In this document: in pieces, positions 38,442 through 46,606 of the stretch
How the letters are laid out: every line of letters starts with the position of its first letter
Numbering within the stretch: the first letter of the stretch is position 1
Assembly (NCBI GenBank): GCA_001871115.1
Contig: MNUR01000046.1
Span: 13,299-77,298 of the forward strand
Length of the DNA: 64,000 nt
Direction of reading: 5' to 3'
Source: Elusimicrobia bacterium CG1_02_56_21
Lineage (GTDB): Bacteria; Elusimicrobiota; Elusimicrobia; Elusimicrobiales; UBA9959
Notes under the pieces: model-generated
What the model saw: the letters and a program-made list of their open reading frames with translations, nothing else
The model's database searches: none
What the model was told of the DNA's origin: nothing
Program-made: the position numbers and the translations under genes

Positions 38442-38657
38442 ATTGCCCGCTACCGGATATTAACCTGGCGGGAAATAAGAAGGCCGGGAATAAACCCGGC
38501 TTTACAGCGGCCCCGGCAGTTTAACTGCGTGGCCTTCTCTGGAACCGTTTACATTTATCTGCGGTGCCGGTCCTCGCTTACTCGAGCTGAACTCCAGCTG
38601 TATCTTGCGTTAGGAAAGATTCCGAACCTTTACCCGGATAATCAGACAGTTCCTTTA

Positions 38658-38942
38658 CTATCCCCCGAAATTACCGAATCTTTGCCTGGCGACTTCTTTT
38701 ACAATGCGGGCTATATCCGGATTGCGCTCCAGCAGCAGGGTAAAATCGGCCTTGTCCAGCATAAAACACTGCGTCCGGTCCATGCAGACTATAGCGGCCG
38801 CCCGCGGCTGCTTGAGTATCAAGGCGAGCTCGCCGAAAAAATCTCCCGGGCCCATACTATTCAGAACTTTACTGCTGAAGACCCCCGGAACTTGCGCGCG
38901 CCCCTTGGAAGAAAAACACGGCCTGTTTGCCAGGCGGCTCAC
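38658..38942 (-). pseudogene. C-terminal part of a cyclic-nucleotide-binding (CAP_ED) domain, N-terminally truncated
   Basis: 'GPGDFFGELALILKQPRAAAIVCMDRTQCFMLDKADFTLLLERNP' forms the phosphate-binding cassette and hinge. Roughly 35 aa of the beta-roll are missing. The GTG start overlaps the gpx stop. Confidence 0.5.
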
Positions 38943-39577
38943 TTGATCGCGGATTCAGAGGGCGGCTGAGACAGCGCTTTTTCTATATCGGCAACCAGCT
39001 CCTCCGGCTTTATCTCCGGGGCGTAGCGGTTTATAACCCTGCCTGTCCTGCCCACAAGGAACTTGGTGAAGTTCCATTTTATAGCTTCGCTGCCGAGCAA
39101 GCCTGGAGCTTTTTCCTTGAGGTGTTTATACAGGGGGTCCGCGCCGGCGCCGTTAACCTCCAGCTTTCCCATAACCGGGAACGAGGCCCCGTAAGTCAGT
39201 TTGCAAAAATGCTGTATCTCTTCATTGGTTCCCGGCTCCTGCCCGCCGAACTGGTTGCAGGGGAAACCCAGGACCACAAGCCCCTTGGCTTCATACTTCT
39301 TATACAGCGCCTCCAGCCCTTCATACTGCGGCGTAAAACCGCACTTGCTTGCCACGTTGACGATAAGGACTACCTTGCCCTTAAGCCGGGTCAGGGGATA
39401 ATCCTTCCCCGGCGAGTCCTTTACGTTAAAATCATAAATAGTCTTTTCCATTGCCTCCCTTTTTACCGCCTTTGTTTTACTTCCCGCCTCTCCCCCGCCG
39501 CGGCCGCCCGGAGCGGAAAAACCTGCGGCATTGAAAGCTGTCAGCAGAACTGCGCACAATATAAACCGCTTCATCAT
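38939..39577 (-). CDS. gpx: Glutathione peroxidase (Cys-type), with signal peptide
   Basis: 'VVLIVNVASKCGFTPQY', 'LGFPCNQFGGQEPG' and 'IKWNFTKFLV'. Confidence 0.92.
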   Translation of the reverse strand: MMKRFILCAVLLTAFNAAGFSAPGGRGGGEAGSKTKAVKREAMEKTIYDFNVKDSPGKDYPLTRLKGKVVLIVNVASKCGFTPQYEGLEALYKKYEAKGLVVLGFPCNQFGGQEPGTNEEIQHFCKLTYGASFPVMGKLEVNGAGADPLYKHLKEKAPGLLGSEAIKWNFTKFLVGRTGRVINRYAPEIKPEELVADIEKALSQPPSESAIK

Positions 39578-39619
39578 CTCCCCCTCACAGGGTTGCCTGC
39601 CGTCTTTTCCCTGCTCTCT

Positions 39620-40210
39620 CTAATCCTTCCTGTCCAGTTTCTTTATCAATTCGGACATCCTCAGGTCAGTTTCGTCCGGAGGAGGAGTAGCGGGCCCTGT
39701 AGGTTCAGGCGCGCCTATCCGTATCCTTTCCAGCGTGGGAGAGAACCAGCCCGTTATATAGCGCATACTGACCGTTACCCGGGAACCGGGGTAACCGAGA
39801 TAAAGACTGGTGACGATACTGTCCCCGGAGAAGGTAGCCGAGGCCTGGCCCCTGCAGGACTGCAGCGGGCCCTGGTCCGAAGGCAGTTCGGAAAAAAGCT
39901 GCGAGCGGGGAATTTTTACAAAAGGCTCCCCGCCTTTACCCGCAAGCCAGGTTATAGTGTCGGCAAAGCGGAATTCCCGGGCATCCGTCTTGCGGGCTAT
40001 GGGGGCCGACGCCGCGTCATAATCGCCCCTGAGCAGGCTGGAGCAGATCTCCTCCCGGCGCAGTGATTTGCCGGAAGCCCCGCCGAAGCTCAGCTGGAGA
40101 CCCTGGTAAAGCGGGGAGAACATATCGGAGATTACATACAAGAAGAACAGCAGCATTAAGCCGGCGCCGAAATAGCCCGGAACTTTCAGCGGAGAAGTTG
40201 GTTTTGGCAT
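39620..40210 (-). CDS. Membrane-anchored hypothetical protein
   Basis: 196 aa with an N-terminal TM helix. No domain recognised. Confidence 0.45.
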   Translation of the reverse strand: MPKPTSPLKVPGYFGAGLMLLFFLYVISDMFSPLYQGLQLSFGGASGKSLRREEICSSLLRGDYDAASAPIARKTDAREFRFADTITWLAGKGGEPFVKIPRSQLFSELPSDQGPLQSCRGQASATFSGDSIVTSLYLGYPGSRVTVSMRYITGWFSPTLERIRIGAPEPTGPATPPPDETDLRMSELIKKLDRKD

Positions 40211-40275
40211 ATACGCTTCCGTCTCCGGATTCTCACGGCAAAGCCCGCGGTTTCTGGTTAGAGACGGCTTTACTT

Positions 40276-40974
40276 TTATTTATTGCGGCTGAAGAATATC
40301 CTGTAGGGTTTAAGCCCCAGTTTAGTACAGAGCTTCTGCTCCTCTGCGCAGAAATCATGGGTATACCAGCCCAGGGTCTCTTTAACGTTCTCCCGGATCC
40401 ACTTAGATACCCTGAACAGAGCGTCGTTAAACTCGGCGGTAGGCAGTTTCTTGTCTATCCACTCCCATGTTACAACGCTGACCGGCTTGCCGTCCGGCCG
40501 AACGCTGTCCATCAGGGACACTATCCCCACATTACGGCCTTTCTTGAAGAGCAGAGCGCTTTTCACCATCTCCATAGACGAAATATACCGCTTGGTTTCT
40601 TTATTAAAATCCGGGCCGAGCAGCCTGGCATTGGGCTTAATATAATGTTCGGAGATGGACTTGCGGCTCAGATCTTTCGCTTCTTTCAGGTTCTTGGGCG
40701 CGCGCAGCTCTATCGGGGAATTCTTCAGCCCTTTGCCCAGCTGCTTTAAGGCCTGCCGCTTCCCGCCGAAGATGTACCTGACCGAATACTTCTTTGAAAT
40801 TTTATGCTTCAGGCTGCCGGCCGGCAGCGCTAAAGGTTTAAAGTCCAGGAAGAGGTAAGGCACCGAAAAAGGCCAAAGCAGCGATTCGATCAATTTTTCA
40901 GAAACCTGTGAATAGTCCTTTACCTGGTAAAGAAAAGACGCCTCATCCCCGCCGATAAGCTTAATGTTTTTCAT
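40276..40974 (-). CDS. Member 1 of a ~230-aa paralog family (possible GNAT-like C-terminal half)
   Basis: 232 aa. It shares 'ALLFKKGRNVGIVSL...VVTWEW...LGLKPYRIFFSR' with the ORFs at 58556, 59987 and 60766. Confidence 0.6.
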   Translation of the reverse strand: MKNIKLIGGDEASFLYQVKDYSQVSEKLIESLLWPFSVPYLFLDFKPLALPAGSLKHKISKKYSVRYIFGGKRQALKQLGKGLKNSPIELRAPKNLKEAKDLSRKSISEHYIKPNARLLGPDFNKETKRYISSMEMVKSALLFKKGRNVGIVSLMDSVRPDGKPVSVVTWEWIDKKLPTAEFNDALFRVSKWIRENVKETLGWYTHDFCAEEQKLCTKLGLKPYRIFFSRNK

Positions 40975-41046
40975 TGAATCCCCTCGTGAAATTGAACGGT
41001 AAAATTACCCCGCTCCAATATCCTGACCGCCTCCCCGCCATTCCCC

Positions 41047-41054
41047 ATTCTACA
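41047..41054 (-). promoter_or_regulatory. -10 TG-TAGAAT after a T-tract
   Basis: Minus-sense GGTTTGTTTTGTAGAATGG, about 73 nt upstream of ATG 40974. Confidence 0.4.
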
Positions 41055-41183
41055 AAACAAACCCGCCGGACTTCACCTGCGGTTTGGTAGGCCGGAAGTA
41101 ATGACCGGCTTTCTGCCCGGCCAAAACGCGCGCCGGCCCGCAGGGCGAACCCTGCAGGCCGGAACCGGTTTCTGGAGCAGAAC

Positions 41184-41825
41184 TTAAAGCGCGTTGAGAA
41201 ACTGGCAGGTGGGGCGGAACCCCATAGCCGCTATATCGGGGGCCGGGTTGATGCAGGAGAGCTGGTTGCGCTCGGTCCCGCCGTCCCCATCCGGGCGCTC
41301 CAGTTCAAGCGCCTTGGACCTTATACCTTCATCATTTATCTCTTTGACCTTGAGGGCGTCGTAAAGCGCCAGGGAGAATGCGCGGTTATCGCCCGATCCA
41401 TACGACTCCATGCCCATAAACTTCCAGCCGCCCGCCGGCTTTATAACGCAGGAATAACGGGCCTTGCGCGGCTCGCTAGGCAGGTGCACATCCGTGGAAA
41501 AACTCTTATAGCAGACCAGCCCCTCCCCGACCTTATATACGTAGCTCTGGCCGCCGGCCATCACCACCAGCTCCGGGGTTACCTTCAGGGAATTAACAAG
41601 AAGTTCGGCAAAAGGCGGACTTTTAAAATCAACAGCGCCGGTAATCGGACTGGCGGCTTTCATCGCCTTCCCGGCCAGGGAAAGATCCGCAGGCCCGGGA
41701 ACCTCGAGCCGCGCTTCCTGCGCCAGCCTGGTCACGTCTTTCGCGCTTACCTCTTCAAGCTCTACCGCTCCGGAAAAGCCTGAGCTTACCGCAATAGCTA
41801 TCGCCGCGATTAAAATTCTCTTCAT
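41184..41825 (-). CDS. Secreted hypothetical protein
   Basis: 213 aa. Signal peptide 'MKRILIAAIAIAVSSGFSGA'. SD GGAGGGGG. Confidence 0.5.
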   Translation of the reverse strand: MKRILIAAIAIAVSSGFSGAVELEEVSAKDVTRLAQEARLEVPGPADLSLAGKAMKAASPITGAVDFKSPPFAELLVNSLKVTPELVVMAGGQSYVYKVGEGLVCYKSFSTDVHLPSEPRKARYSCVIKPAGGWKFMGMESYGSGDNRAFSLALYDALKVKEINDEGIRSKALELERPDGDGGTERNQLSCINPAPDIAAMGFRPTCQFLNAL

Positions 41826-41856
41826 TATATATCCCCCTCCGCAGTCTGTATATTGC

Positions 41857-42365
41857 TTAATGATATCCTTTGCAGGTCTTCATATACACATTCTCTGAAA
41901 TATCGCGGATCCTAAACAGAGGCAAAAGACCCACGAAGCTGATGTTTTTGTGCCCACGCGGAGGCGGGTCTTTCGGGATCTTGACAAGCCTGCTGCGGCC
42001 TGCTCTGTAGTAAGCATAAAGCCGGTTATCGCCGGGTCCCCCCGCCTTTTTCTGTCTGCCGCAGGAATATCCGCGGTAAATCACCCGCCTGCCGTTGTTT
42101 GATCTACACCAAAAGATGGGGCGTGTTCCTGAAATTCTTACAAGCACCCCCGGCCCGGCATGCCCGGCCTGGCGGGAGTTCGGAAGGGTTTTATTCAGTC
42201 GTCGGCCGGGGCGGGTTCTATTGCGTATCAGGCCGGCGAATTTAGGGATGGCGCCGCGGCCAGTATGCCGATACTAGCGACTACTATCATCAGCTTTATC
42301 AGGGTAAAACCCTCCGGCGGAGCGCCCCACCCGGGGACGAAACAGAAATATCGGTTGTTACTCAT
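41857..42365 (-). pseudogene. Type IV pilin-like (prepilin N-terminal methylation domain) gene with an apparent 1-nt frameshift
   Basis: From ATG 42365: MSNNRYFCFVPGWGAPPEGFTLIKLMIVVASIGILAAA, then the frame is lost near 42248-42262. The adjacent frame continues AIPKFAGLIRN... into ORF 41857..42147. The 509-nt length is not a multiple of 3. Confidence 0.55.
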
Positions 42366-42420
42366 AGTAAAGCCCATGACACGCCAAACAGGACAAATAA
42401 CCGGCAAACCCGGGAAACAA

Positions 42421-42448
42421 AAGAAAAACCGCCGGGCTTGGCCGGCGG
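42421..42448 (-). terminator. GC-hairpin family copy H1 plus T-tract
   Basis: CCGCCGG-GCTTGG-CCGGCGG followed, in minus sense, by TTTTTCTTTTG. Lies after the 42481 gene. Confidence 0.65.
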
Positions 42449-42480
42449 TCTCAATGAGATGTCAATAACAAATCATTTAG

Positions 42481-43080
42481 TTACCAGCCTTTTCCCTTTC
42501 CCCAGTTAAGCGCTAAAATTCCGCCGGAAAAAAGCAGCACGCTGGTTATGGCCAGGGCCGCGGACGGCGTATGCGAGACCGAAGCCGCCGGACTGAAATA
42601 AAGGTACATTTCAAAACTAACTCCGATAAGGCCCAGGATAGCGGCTGCTCCCGCGACACACTTTACAACTACGGCTTTAAAATCCCAGGGCTGCGGCATG
42701 ACCGCGGACGGGGCCGGCCGGGCCACCTTCACTTCAGAGCAGCCGCCGGTAATGCCCAGCAGTTTCTTTACCAGACCCAGTTCATTCGAATCCAGCCAGA
42801 CCCCTCCGCAGGACTGGCATTTATCCACCACTAAAAGCGGGTTTACCAGGCCGCCGCGCGACATCTTGTTTTTGCAGAGCGGGCAAACCTGGCCCCCGGG
42901 CTTGGGATTAATTAAATTAAAGTCAGTAGAGGCAAGGTCCCCGGATTGTTTTAGCAGGGCTTCAAGTTCGCCATTGTCGAACATTATTCCCGAACAGCCA
43001 GGGCAGACGTCGAGCGGGATATTTCCCAGCGCAGGGGTCTCAACCAGCGACTCGGAAGGACATTTTGGACAATTGATCAT
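42481..43080 (-). CDS. Membrane protein with two TFIIB-type zinc-ribbon (zf-TFIIB, PF13453-like) domains
   Basis: Start at 'MINCPKC' (SD GGAG). 'CPGCSGIMFDNGELEALL' and 'CQSCGGVWLDSNELGLV'. Two C-terminal TM helices. Confidence 0.65.
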   Translation of the reverse strand: MINCPKCPSESLVETPALGNIPLDVCPGCSGIMFDNGELEALLKQSGDLASTDFNLINPKPGGQVCPLCKNKMSRGGLVNPLLVVDKCQSCGGVWLDSNELGLVKKLLGITGGCSEVKVARPAPSAVMPQPWDFKAVVVKCVAGAAAILGLIGVSFEMYLYFSPAASVSHTPSAALAITSVLLFSGGILALNWGKGKGW

Positions 43081-43430
43081 ATAGTTAGCTCCAAGCTCAG
43101 CTGAAAAGTTCACATGCGGCCGCAAATCCCATCGCTTTATATTTTACTTTAAACAATGCGCCGTATTCAGCAGTTTAGAATAAAAATCCGGGCTTTTTAA
43201 TAGTCCCCGCGCATATTCCGCATTTCCAGCCATCCGGTTTTAAAGATTTGCTCCGGCGAAACTTTAATCCCGTATCTACTTGCTGCCAAAACTGACTATT
43301 CATTTATCCGGGCGGGACTTTGTACCCCTAAGCTAAGAGACTTTCTGTCCTATCGAAGGTGACAACAACAATCCTGGAATACTTATAGTCTTAACCGGAC
43401 ATCTGGAGGATCAAAGAGAAAGACTGCCCC

Positions 43431-43853
43431 TCATTTAGAGATCAATTCCTGGTAGGCCCGCTGTATTTCTTTAAACTTCATGTTCGCCAAATCCCTGAAC
43501 TCATCGCCTAAATGACTGACTTTGTCGGGATGGTATTTTTTGGCCAGTTCGCGGTAAGCGTGCTTTATCTCTTCGTCCGTAGCGCCCCTGGCTAAACCCA
43601 GGATCTCGTAAGGATCCTTCAGCCGGGACCCTGCGGGGTTTTCCCGCGGCGCCTCATCCCGCTCTTTCCCGCCCCTGCCGGCGGCCCCGCGGCGCGCCTC
43701 CGGCATTACCGGCCGGTAGATGTAATACCAGTACAGGGCGCCTATAACAAGGATATCGTCAATAAACCCCAGCGGCCCGAAGATCCTTTCCGGAACCAGG
43801 TCCATAGGGCTCAGCGCATAAAGTATGGAAAGTATATAGAACCACTGTTTCAT
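43431..43853 (-). CDS. Membrane J-domain protein (YkvA/DUF1232-like N-terminus plus DnaJ J-domain)
   Basis: 140 aa. '[32 protein letters not shown]'. Confidence 0.8.
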   Translation of the reverse strand: MKQWFYILSILYALSPMDLVPERIFGPLGFIDDILVIGALYWYYIYRPVMPEARRGAAGRGGKERDEAPRENPAGSRLKDPYEILGLARGATDEEIKHAYRELAKKYHPDKVSHLGDEFRDLANMKFKEIQRAYQELISK

Positions 43854-43897
43854 ATATCCTGCTCCTGCGGAGCGGGGGCCGCGACTACGGGGCGGCC

Positions 43898-44611
43898 CTA
43901 TTTCTTTTTCGGTTTAGGAACTTCGCAGATATACCAGTTTTCAAGCTTCTCGCGGGCCCAGGGGTTCTTCCGGAGAAAAACCAGGCTGGAATTGATGCTG
44001 GGATCGTACCGGAAACAGCGTATAGGGATGCGGTTCCACAGCCCTTCCCAGCCGTGCAGTTCTAGCATATAGGTGAGGACGGTCTCCAGGGTAAGGCCGT
44101 GCAGAGGGTCGCGGGATTTTTTAACGGGGACGGGCTTGGCGGCGGACTCGGCTATCGCCGCGGCGTAAGCGTTGCCGGAGCAGCAGCTGCCCATAGGGTT
44201 TTTCTCCTCGCAGCGGCATTTCGGAACCGCGCCGGTGATCTCTTTGACTATCACGGACCAGCGGGTAGCCCCGGTCTTATTGACGGCCGCGACTACCTGG
44301 GCTTTGGTGACTCCCGAGCAGTAGCAGGCGTACACTGGCTGGGCCCCGGTCTTGTAATAAACAGGAACAATAACATCCTCCTGTTTAAACACTCCGCCTT
44401 TAGGGTGATAATAAACCGCGGCGCAGGCGGGATCTGTGCAGATCAGGTACCTGTCCCTGGGTGCGGCCAGGCCGGGTTTAAGCAGTTTGCGCACTGTCTT
44501 CCCGTACACTATCTCCCCGGCCTTACCGCAAAGAGGACAGTCAATGCTGTCGCCCCCCGGATTGGGCTTATTGCAGCAGGAATCCCCGCAGCCTTCTGTT
44601 TGTTTATTCAT
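43898..44611 (-). CDS. Cys-rich metal-binding N-terminal domain fused to a VF530/DUF2132 domain
   Basis: 237 aa. C-terminal '[57 protein letters not shown]' is DUF2132-like. The N-terminus has many CxxC pairs. Confidence 0.6.
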   Translation of the reverse strand: MNKQTEGCGDSCCNKPNPGGDSIDCPLCGKAGEIVYGKTVRKLLKPGLAAPRDRYLICTDPACAAVYYHPKGGVFKQEDVIVPVYYKTGAQPVYACYCSGVTKAQVVAAVNKTGATRWSVIVKEITGAVPKCRCEEKNPMGSCCSGNAYAAAIAESAAKPVPVKKSRDPLHGLTLETVLTYMLELHGWEGLWNRIPIRCFRYDPSINSSLVFLRKNPWAREKLENWYICEVPKPKKK

Positions 44612-44664
44612 ATCTCAATCCGTTGCCGCTAAGTCCGCACCTCCGCAGACCCGGCCTCTGGAAT

Positions 44665-44673
44665 ATTCTAGCA
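44665..44673 (-). promoter_or_regulatory. Extended -10 TGCTAGAAT
   Basis: Minus-sense GCGTTTTGCTAGAATATT, about 54 nt upstream of ATG 44611. Confidence 0.45.
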
Positions 44674-44731
44674 AAACGCCCCGGCGCATTTTCCCTGCTG
44701 CCCCCTTATGCTGTTTTGCTAAACTTTTAAT

Positions 44732-45433
44732 ATGGAAGAAAAACCGGCACAGCCGCGTTTCAAAGGCGATTTTGTACTGCGCAACGGGGAATGGGTGACC
44801 CTGAGGTCGCTGTTAGCGACGCTCACTCCCGAAGAATTCTCCGGGCTGGCGCTGGCGCGCTCTATGGATTTCTTTGAGACCACGCACGCTTTCTGCGGCC
44901 GCTGCGGAACGCCTATGGAGCCTGCGCCCGACCCCGTAGCCCCGCATGCCAGGCGGTGTTTAAAGCCCGGCTGCGAGGGCAATACCCGTTTTTCCTACCC
45001 GGCTTTCTCCGTGGCCATACTTGCCGCCGTTACCCGCCGCGGCGGCGAAGAGCTGCTGCTTGCGCATAACACCGCCTGGCCGGCCCCGCGGATGAGCCTG
45101 GTGGCCGGGTTCCTGCACCCGGGCGAATCGCTTGAAGACTGTGTCAGGCGGGAAGTACTGGAGGAAACCGGCCTGCGCGTCTCGCTGCCCTCTTTCAGCG
45201 GCAGCCAGGCCTGGCCTTTCCCCTGCTCCCTCATGACGGGCTTCACTGCCGAATGGGAAGCCGGCGGGATCCGGACCGACGGCGCTGAAATAGACCGCGC
45301 TGAGTGGATAACGAGGGAAAAGTTTATGGAAGCCCGGGAGCGGACCGCTTCCCCAGGATCCGGGCTGCAGATCCCCCCAAAAGGCAGCCTTTCCCGCCGG
45401 CTGATGGATGATTGGGCCGGCAGGGGAAAATAA
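44732..45433 (+). CDS. nudC: NADH pyrophosphatase (NudC-type Nudix hydrolase with zinc ribbon)
   Basis: 'FCGRCGTPM', Nudix box 'GFLHPGESLEDCVRREVLEETGL' and NudC signature 'SQAWPFPCS'. Confidence 0.85.
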   Translation: MEEKPAQPRFKGDFVLRNGEWVTLRSLLATLTPEEFSGLALARSMDFFETTHAFCGRCGTPMEPAPDPVAPHARRCLKPGCEGNTRFSYPAFSVAILAAVTRRGGEELLLAHNTAWPAPRMSLVAGFLHPGESLEDCVRREVLEETGLRVSLPSFSGSQAWPFPCSLMTGFTAEWEAGGIRTDGAEIDRAEWITREKFMEARERTASPGSGLQIPPKGSLSRRLMDDWAGRGK

Positions 45434-45495
45434 ACACCCGCCGGGCACAGCAGCGTCCGGGGACATGCAGCGGCTTTCTGCTTTTACGGATATCC

Positions 45496-45501
45496 TATAA
45501 T
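45496..45501 (+). promoter_or_regulatory. Consensus -10 TATAAT, 6 nt before ATG 45508
   Basis: GGATATCCTATAATCTGTACATG. Confidence 0.35.
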
Positions 45502-45507
45502 CTGTAC

Positions 45508-45609
45508 ATGCCCCCACGACACGGAATGAAATTGCGCGGCTTGCCGCTGATTTTGGTTTTAACGCTTACCCTGGCGACCTTCGCGCTGATCAGCCTGGCA
45601 AACTTATAA
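45508..45609 (+). CDS. Candidate small hydrophobic peptide (33 aa), possibly leaderless
   Basis: MPPRHGMKLRGLPLILVLTLTLATFALISLANL: a basic N-terminus plus one TM helix. Confidence 0.3.
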   Translation: MPPRHGMKLRGLPLILVLTLTLATFALISLANL

Positions 45610-45678
45610 ACCGCAGGGCACTCCGGGAAGCGCGGGCCGGATGAAACTCTTTTCCTCGATAAAGACTGTGATCCTTTA

Positions 45679-45706
45679 TAAAAAAAACCGCCGGGCTATC
45701 CGGCGG
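45679..45706 (-). terminator. GC-hairpin family copy H2 plus T-tract
   Basis: CCGCCGG-GCTAT-CCGGCGG followed, in minus sense, by TTTTTTTTAT. Lies after the DTW gene. Confidence 0.75.
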
Positions 45707-45750
45707 CCTATAGTGAATTGTCAACAACCAGAAATTGGTAAAGATTACGC

Positions 45751-46455
45751 CTAAGCGTTTAAGTCCCCCGGAACCTTTTTCGGCTTTTTATACTGCCTGC
45801 CCCTGTCTTTTCCCATCTGATAATTTAGCTGGGTATCAACCAGCTTTTTAAAAATAACCATGAGGATCTCATTTGCGGCATTAAGTTTTTCATAGCCGGC
45901 TTCCTGGGCCTCTTCGCATAAATAGTAGAGGGCCTCTATGGTGGAAACACAATGCTCCCGGGGCTGTTTCTTAATAGCGAAACCGGACATATAACTGCGG
46001 GAAAAAGAGAGCCTGGGGAGGGCGCGGATATTCCGGCTTTTATTCAGCAGGCTCTTGGCGCAGGCCCAGGTCCCGTCTATAACGAAGATCAGAAGAGTTT
46101 TCCCCTCCGCGGGGAGAGCGTTCCCCAGCGTCTTGAAATTCACGGCTTTAGGGCCCGGATACAGAACAAAAGGACTATAGCTTGGGTCCTGGAGCAGGGA
46201 ATTAACGCGTTCATTTTGCGTAAATTCCGTCCCTATCAGAAGTTCGGCGTTCTTTAAGCATAATTTCGCCAGCCGCGCGGTCCCGGTTCTTTGTTTGCGG
46301 GCTTCCTTGGTATGCATAAGTATCACAAAGCGCATTTTTGTAAAGAAGGGTTTTACGCTGCCGCATAAACAGTTCTTTTTCGCCCTGTAGCAGGCATAGC
46401 ACTCCTCGCGGTTGTTTTTTTTGGCATCTATTGGAAAATTATTTTTTTTAGCCAT
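45751..46455 (-). CDS. DTW-domain tRNA-uridine aminocarboxypropyltransferase
   Basis: 234 aa. 'CYACYRAKKNCLC' and 'VIDGTWACAK'. Confidence 0.82.
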   Translation of the reverse strand: MAKKNNFPIDAKKNNREECYACYRAKKNCLCGSVKPFFTKMRFVILMHTKEARKQRTGTARLAKLCLKNAELLIGTEFTQNERVNSLLQDPSYSPFVLYPGPKAVNFKTLGNALPAEGKTLLIFVIDGTWACAKSLLNKSRNIRALPRLSFSRSYMSGFAIKKQPREHCVSTIEALYYLCEEAQEAGYEKLNAANEILMVIFKKLVDTQLNYQMGKDRGRQYKKPKKVPGDLNA

Positions 46456-46503
46456 ATAACTTTAACCGGGTGACCTGCCGGATTATCGCAGCCTGCTGAA
46501 AAT

Positions 46504-46512
46504 ATTCTAGCA
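46504..46512 (-). promoter_or_regulatory. Extended -10 TGCTAGAAT
   Basis: Minus-sense CCCATTTGCTAGAATATT, about 49 nt upstream of ATG 46455. Confidence 0.45.
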
Positions 46513-46606
46513 AATGGGAAATAACCCTTCTTCTGCCCGTAGAAGCGGCCCGGGAAAGGCGCCTCCCGCTTTTTGAACCCGGGCTTATTAAGGTAAACTT
46601 GTATAT

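Noticed and set aside
38927-40066. 379-aa plus-strand ORF
   Set aside because: It is antisense to gpx and to the 39620..40210 gene. It has shadow-ORF composition.
41857-42147. Stand-alone 96-aa ORF
   Set aside because: I reinterpreted it as the out-of-frame C-terminal part of the pilin-like gene starting at 42365.
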